A stretch of 64,000 nucleotides of DNA from a virus, in IMG/VR virus record IMGVR_UViG_3300030107_004238, positions 7,969 through 71,968 of that record, one strand, 5' to 3'. This document shows positions 10,601 to 22,308 of the stretch, piece after piece. Position 1 is the stretch's first letter; each line of letters opens with the position of its first letter. The position numbers and the translations under genes are program-made. The notes under the pieces were generated by a model. The model was not told the DNA's origin, searched no databases, and was given only the letters and a program-made list of their open reading frames with translations.

Positions 10601-13600
10601 ATGCCTGAAATCAAAAATACTTTTTTAGGTGGTAAAATGAATAAAGATCTCGATGAGAGACTTTTGCCTAAAAACGAATATAGAGATGCTTTAAACGTAG
10701 AGGTTTCAACATCACAAGGTGATGATGTTGGGGCGCTGCAAAATACTTGGGGAAACACGGTTCAGTCCAATTTAAGTGATATTATCTCAGGTGGTAAATG
10801 TATTGGTTCTATTGTTAGTAAAGAAAAGGACAAAATATATTGGTTTATAAAAGGCGATGATGTTGATGCTATTGCTGAATATGATATAAAATTAAGAAAT
10901 GTTTCTCCAGTTTTAGTAGATTATGGTATGGAAGATACCTATATACAAAGTTTCACATCTACTACTTTAAACCCAAACGCCATAGGGAGTGGAGCCCCTG
11001 TATGGAATGAGATTACAATTTGGGATTCACAAGGTGGTTGGAGTAACGCCTCACCAGAATCACATGGTACAGAAGGTAAATCTTGGGATATTACAGGTGG
11101 CAACGCTACTGCTGTTTGGGGTAGAGCTGGTAATATGAGGTTATTTGTGGATGAAATAAATCTTATAGAAGGCTACGAGTATGAAATAGAATATGAAGTT
11201 ACTATTTTAAGATCAGATCAAGAGAGTGGTGTATATTTAACTAATCATGGGCCAAAAGGGGAGAACGTAAGATTAGATGTTGAATCTTCTGGTGTTAAAA
11301 AAACACGTTGGGTACAAGGCGATTATGTTGGTGGCTCGGGTCACCAAAGAGATAATGCAGTGTGGATACACCACAATTCTTTAACCGCTAATAACAGTGC
11401 CTTTTCTATAGATAATATTAGAATAAGACAAGTTAATAGATTTTTAAACTTTGAAGACGTAGAGTATATAACCGGTATCAATATTTTGGACGGAATGTTA
11501 TTTTGGACAGATGGACAAAACGAACCTAAAAAAATCAATATAGAAAGATGTAAAGCTGGTTCCTATGATATAACTAATTTTAGTACTACAACTTTCGTAG
11601 GACCTGAACTTGTCAATAATGGTTCTTTTACTGGAAACGCTAATGGATGGACGAATTCTGTTGGCACTAGCTTGCCAAATGCGGGATGGGATTATAATTC
11701 TAATAATATTATAGCGGTCAGTGTAACCTCAGGGAAAGCAATTCACGATAGAAATGCTAATATCAAGCGTGGTAAAACATATCAAATAACTTTTGATATT
11801 TCTAGTTGGACAGGTGGAGCAATTAAACCTGTTTTAGTAGACGAATATAGTTCTCGTACTATAATGAATACCTCGATCAGTGATGGTGTTGATGGTACAA
11901 AAACATTTATAATAACAACAGGACTTACTAACGACACGCACACTGTGTATAATCTACACACTGCTTATACGTATGCAAGTGGTTTTTATTTAATTTGTGA
12001 TTGGGGTCCTTTGAATTGTATAATAGATAATATATCTGTTAAAGAAATTGCTTTTGATTGGAATCGAACTACTAAAGTAAAAGATGCTACAGGGTCTTAT
12101 ACAAGAAATATAACTGAGGAAGATATTACTTTAATAAAAAAATATCCATTAAACGCTCCTAACATGAGGTTGTTTTCAACCACTAAACCAGAGGGTAGTG
12201 TAATTGATAGTTTTTGTGAAACAACATATAATACAACGTATAATTATGGCACACCTATGCTTGATGGAAGTGGTGATACTATACGTTGGATGCAAGCCAT
12301 ACAATTCACTTTAGCTAAAGATGCTATTGGTCATACCCATACAAAAGGTATAACACCAAGCCAAGTTGATCAATTGGTACAGATTGATATTTCCAATGCT
12401 ATGCTCGCGAGTTTAGATTCAAACACGCTTGGCTCTACCGTTCAACACCCTTTATATCTTGATGATAAATATAATCCAGCTGATCCAACTAGATGGAAAA
12501 CTGGTAATTCATTATACGTTGATAATAGTTTTACTAATCAAGAAGATTATCATAAACATGCTTGGCAAATGTGGTGTAGTATAAACGAGCATTTTCCACA
12601 TCACGTTTGGCTTATTAGAGAAAGTGGGGGTCTTGATAGTGGATATTTAGTGAATCAAGATAAAATAGGTGGAAGACTTTACGTGAGAATGAGTACTAAT
12701 CGGCATACTTTTGATGATCAAATGCATGATTTTAAGAAAGGATCTAGAATTACTGTAGGTTCTTGGGGTTATAATAACAACGCTTCTTTTTGGACATATA
12801 AAAACGAAGATGACGAGATAGTAGTAAAACCACCTGGTACAAAAGCTGTAGAATATAATCACGGGCCAGACGGTAAAATAATCACTGATTCTCAAGGGAC
12901 ATTATTTGAACCATCTATAATCAATCCAGAAGACCATTATACTAATTCAGTTGGAAAGTTTGGTAGTGGTTGGTCAGGTGATGGAAATCGTTATATAGGT
13001 AACATATCAACAACAACAACAACGCAACACGGGGCAATCTACCCATCACCAGGAGTTGCTCTAAATGTTAATGGTAGTGGTACTGACGGTTATCAATATT
13101 TACACGATGTTGTTCAAGGATTACAAAAAGGTTATACATATACAGTTAGAGCTAAATTTACAATAATAGATGATCAATTAAATGATACTACCAGACCTGC
13201 CGCAGGTTTTTCTCACTTAAACGCGAGAGATAGTGAGCAAATGTCGACTACAAATTTACAATTAAGCCACACTGCGTCTCACGGTGGTTCTACTAATATA
13301 TATATTATTAATAAAAATTTTGAGGCACGAAGTACGGGTACGTTATCACTTTTCAAACGTAACGGCGTTAGTGTTATTGTAAGTGAATTACAATGTAGAG
13401 CGGTTTATTCTAATCCTATAAGAATAAATCCATTGGTATTTTCTCCAAAACCTGATTATGAAGTTGGTGATCTTGTTAAAATGACTAATGTTAAAAAAGC
13501 ACCTAATGGAGATGATATAAATGTTGTTGTTAAATTAAATAAAGAAATTAATAACGCTTTTCAAAATATTGGAACTACAGATCAAGATATAAAAAGTTGG

Positions 13601-16600
13601 AAACATAAAACTGATACTCAACCCGGTGGTGGTGGTAATTGGGTTACGGATGATGGCGAAAGAGCAGCTTATCCTGAAACCTGGGCAGATGGACATGCTC
13701 ATTCAACAACATGGTCTGGAACTGAAAATTGTAAAATCAATGACCCTGATTTTAGAGTAAGTACTAGTAGTTATCTAACTGCCATACAAGGTGGGGATGG
13801 AGGAGATTTATCTTTTTCTGGCGGTACCACTGATTTAAATGATGGTTCTACTAATACTGCTGATTGGACTACTGGATTACAAATGATAAAAAATGGTAGT
13901 TTTAATTCTGCTGAACCAAGTGATTCTAATAAACTATCTTACTGGTACGAAGTATATAGCGACGCTAGTGGTAGCGAGGATCTTGGAAGCTGGGAATGGA
14001 ACCAAAGCGGTGAAGTACAAATAAATAACCCGTCCGCAAGTTCAACTGTAGGGAGTGGACCAGCCAAGCAGTGGGCGAATATACAGCAAATTAATTTTGG
14101 AGACGACACTACAGACAGATCATCTAATGATAGATTATTTTTTGAACCAGGTGGTGAATACAAATATCGATTTACAGTAAGTAATGTAACTGGTACGAGT
14201 GGTGCGGGAATGTTTATTCGATTATATAACAATTGGGGCTACGCACAAACTGCTACTACTAATACTGGTACTAAACCAGGTTGGAGCGTTGGTGATGGAA
14301 GCAGTGATGATCAATATGGCGTAATAACGTTTCGAGATTGGGTTAGTAGCGGTGAAAATGTTCCGGCTGGTTGGAAAGAGAGCGCTTTAGATGATGGTAT
14401 AAATAGAAACAAAGTGATATTTCATGTAAATAATCCACATCAAAACGATACAAGTCACGCCGATCACGAAAGATTAGATACTTGTACGTTAGCACGTGTT
14501 TACGTGTGGGCTAATAATAATATTAATAGAGTAAATTGGGGAACTAACGTGGGTGGTGGAATGGACGTTATAACCGGTACAACCGCTCAAATAGTTTCTT
14601 ATCCAGCTAGAGCAGACGGTGTTAGAGGCGCGGGTACTGGAACGTTTAAGTTGGTAGAGGGTAATTATTATAGAATGGATTATAAAATATCTAGTACTAA
14701 CTACGTGTCATGTGGTTTTAATATTGCTAACCCAGTTGATGAAAGCTTATCAGGTTCTGGCTGTTATATAGCGCTTTGGAAGCATTGTGCTCACGCTATG
14801 CATAATTTATTAGGTAATTACAAACAAGAAGGACTTACTTATTTAGACGTAGAAAACGGGACACACACAGTATATTGGCAGCAAGATAAAGATGCAAATC
14901 AATTAAGTATTTTATTAGGACGTGGTTTCGCTGGTAACATAGACGATATTGAGGTATATGATGTTACTGTGACTAAAACAGATATGGGTAAAGCTGGTAG
15001 CAATGATATTAGAAAAATGTTTAACGCTGAGATAGTCTCAATAGATAGTAGTTTAGCACAGTTACCACCTGAAGATCATACTAAGTGGGAGTGTGAGTTG
15101 CTAGACGAAGAACCTATATTTAAAAAAGTATTTCCTAGATTTGCTTATAGATGGAAATATAAAGATGGTGAATATTCCGCTATATCAGCTTTTACAGAGG
15201 TTGCTTTTGTACCTGATAATGATTATAAATATGATGCTAAAGATGGTTATAATTTAGCTATGGAAAACCAAGTTAGACGTGTAATATTAGATGATTTTGA
15301 CACTATGCCCCACGATGTTGTTGAATTAGATATTCTCTATAAAGAATCTAATAGCAATAGTATATATACTTTCACTACAATAAAAGGATCAGATTTAGAT
15401 AATTTTAGTAAATACGAAATTACTAAAGAAAAATACCACGCCTTAGTTGAAAGCAAGCAGTTATTACGTCCTTATGATAATATACCTAGAAAAGCTAAAG
15501 CACAAGAGATTTCTGCAAATAGAATTATATTTGGAAACTATACTCAGCAATACGATATAACACCTTCAGATGAACCAACTATAGAAGCATCGTTAATATC
15601 ACAAGGAGTGCAATCAGCTATTCAATCTAGAAAAACAATTAAATCTATAAGAGAATATCAAGTCGGTATTAGTTATCTAGATAAATATGGTAGACAATCC
15701 CCGGTTTTTTCTTCTGAAAATGGTTTAATACAGATTGATCAAAAGAATGCTAAAGATGCTAATTCTATTATCGCTGGTATAAATAATTTTCCTCCAGACT
15801 GGGTTACACATTATAAATACTATATAAAAGACAACGCGGCTTCTTATTACAATATATCTTTAGATAGATTTTGGCAAGCAGAAGAAAGTAACCACGTGTG
15901 GTTGTCTTTTCCTTCTAGTGATTTTAACAAATTATCTGTTGATGATTATTTAATATTAAAAAAAGGTCATGATACTGATAAAGCTTTAGCGCCTTTAAGA
16001 ACAGCTAAATATAAAATTTTAGCCAAACAAGGTAACGCCCCAGAGTTTATAAAAATGGTTAGAAAATCTATTGGTGGTAGAATATACAACACCGATGGAA
16101 AAGGATTACATTTTTTCACACAAACTAGTTACAATGGTAATTCAGGATTTTATCCTAGTAAAAATAAAACTACTTTTAGATTAAAAGGTAGTGTTGTACA
16201 CGCTAACAATGCTTTTAAGGAAGCTGTTATAGATGATCAAACAGGTAGATATATAAGAATAGGTAAACAAAGCGGTGGTAGAGCAAGTTATTTTTCTAAA
16301 TACTACGAAATACTACATATATCACGTACAATGTCTCCAACGGCAGACTCTTCAACTGCTGACGTTTGGAATCAAGATGACGCATATTATGAGTTTACTT
16401 TAGTAGAACCTTTTGATGATGATATTAGCTTTGTTGGCACTTCTTATACTGCTAGTAGAAAACTATTTATAGAATATTATAGAGAAGAAATTATTGATTT
16501 TGATAACGCGTATGAAGGTAAGTTTTTTGTTAAAATTGCAAAAGACGCGGCGTTTGACACGCATGTTGGTCAAAAGCAGAAAATTGAAGATTCTGGATAT

Positions 16601-19600
16601 AATATAATAAATGCACAAGACGCGTATTGGGCGCATGTTTATGAAAACAGCGCTAATAATACAAACGCTGATAAAGGGCAAGATACTGATGATTGGTTAT
16701 GGATAAGAAGAGTTTGGGGTACTGATGCTAATGGTGACCCTGAACTTCAAGCGGGAAATTTTGATTTCCACGTAAGTTCAGATGGTGCAGGTTATGATGC
16801 TACAACTTTAGATGGTGCTTACAACGGTAGCGATGTAGCTGAGTTCCCTGCCGTGTTAGCTAAAACAATAGATATAACTGCTTCTGGAGCTTCTTCTGCT
16901 ACAACTTGGGACAACCCATATACACAGGATTGGACGGGTACTTGGAGAAAAGAAGATTGGGGGAAACAAATTGATGGAAGTGTACCGCAAAGATTTTGTA
17001 TTGATCAAAGTTGGTCTTGGAATTGGTCTACTGGTAACGACGCATATAATGGTTATAAAGCTACAGAGTTTAACAGCAGGATAGGTCATGGGTTCATAAT
17101 AGGTAATTCTTGGTGTTCGTTTAAATTCGCTGGTATTGGAGAGATAGATGAAGGTACTGATAATACCGCAGGTAGTGCTACTGATGGTGGTACAAATACC
17201 GAACCAGATCCAAGCTCTAGCGATATAGATACAAACACTTGGAATGATGCTGGTGATGGAGAATTATCTGCCCAATGGTTTGATAATCACCCTTTATTAC
17301 AATCTTTAATAACAGAAGGAACGCAATTCAAATGGCAAGACGATCCTTCAGAAACAGTGTATACAATTCTAGAAGTAAAAAACAAAGGAATTATTCAAAA
17401 TTATGATCATAAACTACCAAATGGACGTAAATATGGTACTTCTATAGACGGTTATATATTAGATAAAAGCAAAGAGAACTTTGGTTATAGAATAGATTTA
17501 ATTTTAAACAAAACAATTGTTTGGAGTCCAACCGCGACGATTGGAAATGGTACTGGTTATAATACTGATGGTACACATTCACCATTAACTGCCTTTACTG
17601 ATAGCGCTGCTGGTACAACTTCACAAATTCAAATAGTAGAAAAAAGACCTAGTGAAAAAGCTTATACAAGTTTTAATCCAGCGGTTTTTGAAATAGAACC
17701 AAAAGAAAGAGTTGATTTAAATCTTTATTACGAAACTCCAGAAACTGGAATGGTATTACAAGATGGAATGTATATAGAAGCACTTAATAACACATCTGTT
17801 AATGACGAGGCTTACAATGTTGCTGGTGGTAATTATTTTTCTGATGTAAACGCTGGAACTATATACAAACCAGGTGGTAGTTACGCTTTGCCTTATGCTA
17901 AAATTTTTGGTGATGAAATGTTAGATAACTCTGATTTTGCAACAGCTGATTCAGGTACTAATACAGGAGCGGCTAAGTGGACTATTAATGACACGCCAAA
18001 CATAACAGCAACACATGACGCTACTAATCATAGGTTAGAAGTTATAAAACCTAACGGCGCCAGCGGAAGTTTTAATAATTTACAGTACGATGGCGATGGT
18101 ACTTCGGGTGGTGATCTTATTACTTTTCAAGATGGAGCAACATATGAAATACTACTTGATATAGAACATTTAGACAATGATGAAAATAATTACGGAGGTA
18201 CTCCAGAGTCAACCAAGTTGATAGTTAGAGGTCATGATGGTAGTGCTTGGACATCATACTATCCACTTAATCCTGGCGTTAATTGGCAAGCTGTCCCACC
18301 CTCTACATCACCAACAAAACACACATTCCAATTCACGTGGGATAGTTCACAAACAGGTGCATCTGGTAACCAAGCAAAAATATTTATAGAACTTACAGAT
18401 AGCACTACTAATTACAAAAAGAAATTAATATTAAATAACTTTTCTCTTAAAAAGGTTGAATATGACGAAACAAAACCGGTGTGTAGAATTATACATGGAG
18501 AGGGTTATGATTGGATGAATAGTAGTTCGAGAATATTTAGAATAAACAAAAACACTTGGGACGATGCGCCTCTTTTTCCAGAGATATACACACCTGGTCA
18601 AGATCTACCTTTAGGTATAACGATTAGACTCTCTAAAAGAGATCAATCTGGTAGAATCAAATATTATAAAGATTACTTGTTACCTACAGAACAGTTTGTA
18701 GCAGATAATCCTGAAAATATATTTATACCTTTGGAAACTTTAAAATGGCACAACGCTTTTGCTTTTGGAAATGGTGTTGAATCTAATAGACTAAGAGATG
18801 ATTTTAATGCGGTTACAATAGATAAAGGCCCTAGAGTTTCTACAACTTTAGAAGAAACATATAAAGAAGAGTATTTAGGTAGTGGTTTAATATTTTCAGG
18901 AATATATAACTCAACAAGTTCTGTAAACAAACTTAATCAATTTATTGCCGCTGAAAGTATAACAAAAAGTTTAAATCCAGAATACGGAAGTATACAAAAA
19001 CTATTTACTAGAAATACTAATATAGTTGCTTTTTGTGAAGATAAAATTTTAAAAGTTTTAGCAAATAAAGATGCTCTATATAACGCAGATGGTTCGGTAC
19101 AAATGACAGCTACAGACAAAGTCTTGGGACAAGCTATACCTTTTGTTGGTGAGTATGGTATATCAAGAAATCCAGAATCATTTGCAAATTTCGGTTATAG
19201 AGTTTATTTTACCGATAGAGATAGGGGCGCGGTGTTAAGATTATCCGCTGATGGGTTAACACCAATATCTGATAAAGATATGATTAGTTACTTTAAATAT
19301 AATCTACCAAACAACAATACAATGATTGGTAGTTATGATGAAAATAGAGATACTTATAATTTAACTTTAGACGAGACAACTGTAAGTTTCTCTGAAAAAG
19401 TAAATGGGTGGACAAGTTTCAAATCTTTCTTAGCTGAATCTGGTACTTCTATAAACGGAGAATATTATACATTTAAAAATGGTGATATATGGAAACATCA
19501 CACAAATGCTTTAAGAAACAATTTTTACAATACACAATATGAAAGTACTGTTAAGTTTATGTTTAATGATTTAGTTGATGAAATTAAAAACTTTAACACT

Positions 19601-20791
19601 ATTAATTATGAAGGTAGTACATCTAGATTATATGAAAAAGAAACTGGTCAAGAAAATCAACTGTTAAAATCAGGTTGGTATACTGACTCTATAATTACCG
19701 ATTTAGAATCTGCTGAAGTTGCTAGTTTTAAAGAGAGAGAGGGTAAATGGTTTAACAATATAACAGGTATAACAAAAACAGAAACAGATATAGATATTAA
19801 AGATTTTACATCGCAAGGACTGGGTGTATTACTTGGTATATCAACTAGTCATGCGAACTATAAAACTCTATCTATAAAAGCGATTACACCGAGTTCTGAA
19901 CCAGAAGTCGATGCTGTTACTAGTGGTAGTGGTGTTAATTATAATCCTGGCAGTGGAACAGTTGTTGATTTTAACTATCCTGAAGATACTGTTTATTTAG
20001 AAGATACTATAAATAACACAACAGGTATTACTGTTGAAAACGCAACACAAATATCATGGATTGAACACACTGCAAATACACCTCAAGATACAGATGGACC
20101 TGGTTTATATTATATAACTAATATTATTGGTGGGTTACAAAGAGGTAATAGATACTATATAGAAGCTGAAATAGAAAACTACTCTGGTAGCGCTACATCT
20201 GGTTTTTATGGGGCTAATATGGTTGATGGTAGTGCAATTAACACTGCAGAAAGAAATGATAATGGAAAAATTTATCGATATTTTACATATAACGATAATA
20301 AGTATTCTCAAGGAACGTTTGGTGAGCAAGGTGAAGGTATACATTTTTATAAAAGCGCTGAAACTAGTGGTACGGTTAAAAATATAAAATGTATAAATAT
20401 AACACCTAAGGTTGATGATGTTACTTTTGTGGTAAACACATCTTCAACGGATAGAACACAAACAACTACTGAGATAAAAACAAATAAAGAGGTTGGTTCA
20501 ACAGGTCTAGTGGCAACAACCCATGATTTTTATATACATAGTCAAACTGTTAACGGTTTAAAGTATGCTGTAGCAGCTAGTCAGTTTCAGGTTAGAAGCT
20601 CAAACGACATGGTAGAAGTTGGAACAATTACAGATTTAGGAGCGGGAACATCAGGGTCGGGTTACTATGCTAATGTTGTTAAAATACCTATTACCGTGAA
20701 CTATGGTGTTTCATCAGATCCGTTTCCAGATTTTAATATAGAATCTTATTTAAATATAATTGGCGAACCAACTTTAGCAATAGATCAATAA
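10601..20791 (+). CDS. Tail stabilisation / nozzle protein (P22 gp10-like position), greatly expanded
   Basis: N-terminal F..GKMNKDLDERL.P..EYRDALN; LFWTD..NEPKKIN; FPRFAYRWKY; C-terminal GNGVESNR, EYGISRNPESFA, GWTSFKSF. Many beta-sandwich inserts between these blocks. Confidence 0.75.
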   Translation: MPEIKNTFLGGKMNKDLDERLLPKNEYRDALNVEVSTSQGDDVGALQNTWGNTVQSNLSDIISGGKCIGSIVSKEKDKIYWFIKGDDVDAIAEYDIKLRNVSPVLVDYGMEDTYIQSFTSTTLNPNAIGSGAPVWNEITIWDSQGGWSNASPESHGTEGKSWDITGGNATAVWGRAGNMRLFVDEINLIEGYEYEIEYEVTILRSDQESGVYLTNHGPKGENVRLDVESSGVKKTRWVQGDYVGGSGHQRDNAVWIHHNSLTANNSAFSIDNIRIRQVNRFLNFEDVEYITGINILDGMLFWTDGQNEPKKINIERCKAGSYDITNFSTTTFVGPELVNNGSFTGNANGWTNSVGTSLPNAGWDYNSNNIIAVSVTSGKAIHDRNANIKRGKTYQITFDISSWTGGAIKPVLVDEYSSRTIMNTSISDGVDGTKTFIITTGLTNDTHTVYNLHTAYTYASGFYLICDWGPLNCIIDNISVKEIAFDWNRTTKVKDATGSYTRNITEEDITLIKKYPLNAPNMRLFSTTKPEGSVIDSFCETTYNTTYNYGTPMLDGSGDTIRWMQAIQFTLAKDAIGHTHTKGITPSQVDQLVQIDISNAMLASLDSNTLGSTVQHPLYLDDKYNPADPTRWKTGNSLYVDNSFTNQEDYHKHAWQMWCSINEHFPHHVWLIRESGGLDSGYLVNQDKIGGRLYVRMSTNRHTFDDQMHDFKKGSRITVGSWGYNNNASFWTYKNEDDEIVVKPPGTKAVEYNHGPDGKIITDSQGTLFEPSIINPEDHYTNSVGKFGSGWSGDGNRYIGNISTTTTTQHGAIYPSPGVALNVNGSGTDGYQYLHDVVQGLQKGYTYTVRAKFTIIDDQLNDTTRPAAGFSHLNARDSEQMSTTNLQLSHTASHGGSTNIYIINKNFEARSTGTLSLFKRNGVSVIVSELQCRAVYSNPIRINPLVFSPKPDYEVGDLVKMTNVKKAPNGDDINVVVKLNKEINNAFQNIGTTDQDIKSWKHKTDTQPGGGGNWVTDDGERAAYPETWADGHAHSTTWSGTENCKINDPDFRVSTSSYLTAIQGGDGGDLSFSGGTTDLNDGSTNTADWTTGLQMIKNGSFNSAEPSDSNKLSYWYEVYSDASGSEDLGSWEWNQSGEVQINNPSASSTVGSGPAKQWANIQQINFGDDTTDRSSNDRLFFEPGGEYKYRFTVSNVTGTSGAGMFIRLYNNWGYAQTATTNTGTKPGWSVGDGSSDDQYGVITFRDWVSSGENVPAGWKESALDDGINRNKVIFHVNNPHQNDTSHADHERLDTCTLARVYVWANNNINRVNWGTNVGGGMDVITGTTAQIVSYPARADGVRGAGTGTFKLVEGNYYRMDYKISSTNYVSCGFNIANPVDESLSGSGCYIALWKHCAHAMHNLLGNYKQEGLTYLDVENGTHTVYWQQDKDANQLSILLGRGFAGNIDDIEVYDVTVTKTDMGKAGSNDIRKMFNAEIVSIDSSLAQLPPEDHTKWECELLDEEPIFKKVFPRFAYRWKYKDGEYSAISAFTEVAFVPDNDYKYDAKDGYNLAMENQVRRVILDDFDTMPHDVVELDILYKESNSNSIYTFTTIKGSDLDNFSKYEITKEKYHALVESKQLLRPYDNIPRKAKAQEISANRIIFGNYTQQYDITPSDEPTIEASLISQGVQSAIQSRKTIKSIREYQVGISYLDKYGRQSPVFSSENGLIQIDQKNAKDANSIIAGINNFPPDWVTHYKYYIKDNAASYYNISLDRFWQAEESNHVWLSFPSSDFNKLSVDDYLILKKGHDTDKALAPLRTAKYKILAKQGNAPEFIKMVRKSIGGRIYNTDGKGLHFFTQTSYNGNSGFYPSKNKTTFRLKGSVVHANNAFKEAVIDDQTGRYIRIGKQSGGRASYFSKYYEILHISRTMSPTADSSTADVWNQDDAYYEFTLVEPFDDDISFVGTSYTASRKLFIEYYREEIIDFDNAYEGKFFVKIAKDAAFDTHVGQKQKIEDSGYNIINAQDAYWAHVYENSANNTNADKGQDTDDWLWIRRVWGTDANGDPELQAGNFDFHVSSDGAGYDATTLDGAYNGSDVAEFPAVLAKTIDITASGASSATTWDNPYTQDWTGTWRKEDWGKQIDGSVPQRFCIDQSWSWNWSTGNDAYNGYKATEFNSRIGHGFIIGNSWCSFKFAGIGEIDEGTDNTAGSATDGGTNTEPDPSSSDIDTNTWNDAGDGELSAQWFDNHPLLQSLITEGTQFKWQDDPSETVYTILEVKNKGIIQNYDHKLPNGRKYGTSIDGYILDKSKENFGYRIDLILNKTIVWSPTATIGNGTGYNTDGTHSPLTAFTDSAAGTTSQIQIVEKRPSEKAYTSFNPAVFEIEPKERVDLNLYYETPETGMVLQDGMYIEALNNTSVNDEAYNVAGGNYFSDVNAGTIYKPGGSYALPYAKIFGDEMLDNSDFATADSGTNTGAAKWTINDTPNITATHDATNHRLEVIKPNGASGSFNNLQYDGDGTSGGDLITFQDGATYEILLDIEHLDNDENNYGGTPESTKLIVRGHDGSAWTSYYPLNPGVNWQAVPPSTSPTKHTFQFTWDSSQTGASGNQAKIFIELTDSTTNYKKKLILNNFSLKKVEYDETKPVCRIIHGEGYDWMNSSSRIFRINKNTWDDAPLFPEIYTPGQDLPLGITIRLSKRDQSGRIKYYKDYLLPTEQFVADNPENIFIPLETLKWHNAFAFGNGVESNRLRDDFNAVTIDKGPRVSTTLEETYKEEYLGSGLIFSGIYNSTSSVNKLNQFIAAESITKSLNPEYGSIQKLFTRNTNIVAFCEDKILKVLANKDALYNADGSVQMTATDKVLGQAIPFVGEYGISRNPESFANFGYRVYFTDRDRGAVLRLSADGLTPISDKDMISYFKYNLPNNNTMIGSYDENRDTYNLTLDETTVSFSEKVNGWTSFKSFLAESGTSINGEYYTFKNGDIWKHHTNALRNNFYNTQYESTVKFMFNDLVDEIKNFNTINYEGSTSRLYEKETGQENQLLKSGWYTDSIITDLESAEVASFKEREGKWFNNITGITKTETDIDIKDFTSQGLGVLLGISTSHANYKTLSIKAITPSSEPEVDAVTSGSGVNYNPGSGTVVDFNYPEDTVYLEDTINNTTGITVENATQISWIEHTANTPQDTDGPGLYYITNIIGGLQRGNRYYIEAEIENYSGSATSGFYGANMVDGSAINTAERNDNGKIYRYFTYNDNKYSQGTFGEQGEGIHFYKSAETSGTVKNIKCINITPKVDDVTFVVNTSSTDRTQTTTEIKTNKEVGSTGLVATTHDFYIHSQTVNGLKYAVAASQFQVRSSNDMVEVGTITDLGAGTSGSGYYANVVKIPITVNYGVSSDPFPDFNIESYLNIIGEPTLAIDQ

Positions 20792-20792
20792 T

Positions 20793-21854
20793 ATGGCGAA
20801 CGTAACAATAAAAACAAATCTTCTTAATATAACGGATAGTCAAAGTTCTACTACTTCAGTATCTTTAGACGGTGTTCCAAATACTAGCTCTGCTATAATA
20901 ACTAGTAGAAAGTTTACACCTAATACTGATTGTGTTTTTAGTAAAGTACCAGTTATTAGTTTTCAAAAAACTAGTGAACCAAATAATTATAACTATACTT
21001 TAGCTAAAGACACTGTAGATAATTCATATACATTTACTGTAAATTATAGAAGACCATTAACAACATTACCAACAACAGATGTTATCGAGTTTTTTGCCGA
21101 GGCAGTAAATAGTAAAGTGGTTACAACTGGTAAAATTTATAGTTATAAAATGAATATCTCTGATATACGTCCAAAAGGAGAGTCTAGATTATTACAGGTT
21201 TTTGGAGATCATAATACTAAATTTAAACTAGCTGTTACTACACATCCTAGATTGTCGCCTGAAGCTAGAGCTCAATTTATACAAAAAGAAGAGATAGCTA
21301 CTATACCATTAAATGGTAAATTCGAAAAAGCAATAAAATTTCCAGAATCATCATTAACTCTTGAATATAGAATTTTACTAAGTGAATTTAAAAGTGGTAC
21401 TTTTAGTGGCCAACTTACAAAAACACCAACAACTATATTTATAGATCAATGGCCGTTACAACAAACTAAATTAGAAATAATAGAAACCAGTGACACTAGT
21501 TGGACTTTACCAGCTAATACTGTTACAAATAAATATTATTATTTTTCTAACACTAGAGGAGCTACTACACATAAAGCAGCTTTTTCGTTCTCGTGTTCAC
21601 ATTCTAATGCTATATCTGCTGACGGAACTTTTACAGCAGATGATTTTACACAGGTTACAGGTCAAAGTTCAACAAACACTGATCCAACAGTAGCTTCTAT
21701 AGTGTCATATGATAATTTAACGTATACTATAGATAATAGTCCTAGCCCAAAAACAGTTGTAATATCAGGAGAGATTACAATAAAGCACGGTTATGATGCT
21801 GGTGGACATACGTATATAACTTTAAATATTAATGATATTTTAAACCACGCATAA
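20793..21854 (+). CDS. Putative virion structural protein (beta-rich)
   Basis: Thr/Ser-rich 353 aa, tightly packed in the tail operon. Confidence 0.55.
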   Translation: MANVTIKTNLLNITDSQSSTTSVSLDGVPNTSSAIITSRKFTPNTDCVFSKVPVISFQKTSEPNNYNYTLAKDTVDNSYTFTVNYRRPLTTLPTTDVIEFFAEAVNSKVVTTGKIYSYKMNISDIRPKGESRLLQVFGDHNTKFKLAVTTHPRLSPEARAQFIQKEEIATIPLNGKFEKAIKFPESSLTLEYRILLSEFKSGTFSGQLTKTPTTIFIDQWPLQQTKLEIIETSDTSWTLPANTVTNKYYYFSNTRGATTHKAAFSFSCSHSNAISADGTFTADDFTQVTGQSSTNTDPTVASIVSYDNLTYTIDNSPSPKTVVISGEITIKHGYDAGGHTYITLNINDILNHA

Positions 21855-21855
21855 T

Positions 21856-22257
21856 ATGGCAACAGCAACTTTAACATTACCAAATCCAATAAACGTGTCA
21901 TTACAAGCTAAACCAACAAATGTTGCTAACAATACAACTAACATTGATAACGGTGCTTGGGATATTATATATTTCGTTAGAATTGACCCTATAACACAAA
22001 AACAAACTGGAGATATATATAGATTTGGTAAATGTATTAGTTTGTCTAAGGGGGCAAAACATTACACCATTGTGGTTGATATTGACGCGGAAGCGCAAAC
22101 ACCAAATGGTGGGGACTATGTGTTTTTTGGTAAAGAGAATAAAATAAATATATCTGGCGTTAGGGGTTATTATGCTGAAGTTGAAATGAAAAATGATTCC
22201 ACATCAAGAGCTGAATTGTTTTCTGTGGGTTGCGAAATGTCTCCTAGTAGTAAATAA
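21856..22257 (+). CDS. Putative tail structural protein
   Basis: INVSLQ N-terminus and SGVRGYYAEVEM.N....AELF.V C-terminus, recalled from related phage tail modules. Confidence 0.55.
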   Translation: MATATLTLPNPINVSLQAKPTNVANNTTNIDNGAWDIIYFVRIDPITQKQTGDIYRFGKCISLSKGAKHYTIVVDIDAEAQTPNGGDYVFFGKENKINISGVRGYYAEVEMKNDSTSRAELFSVGCEMSPSSK

Positions 22258-22285
22258 TACTCAAAAAGTGTAACTATATATATAC
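22250..22285 (+). promoter_or_regulatory. Class B promoter-like motif (GTAAA-N13-RTGTAA-x-TATA)
   Basis: GTAAA-taatactcaaaaa-GTGTAACTATATATATAC upstream of the GNAT/ejection genes; same N13 spacing at 51548-51583(-) and 60275-60310(+). Confidence 0.6.
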
Positions 22286-22308
22286 TAAATTATATAAAAT
22301 TAAATAAA

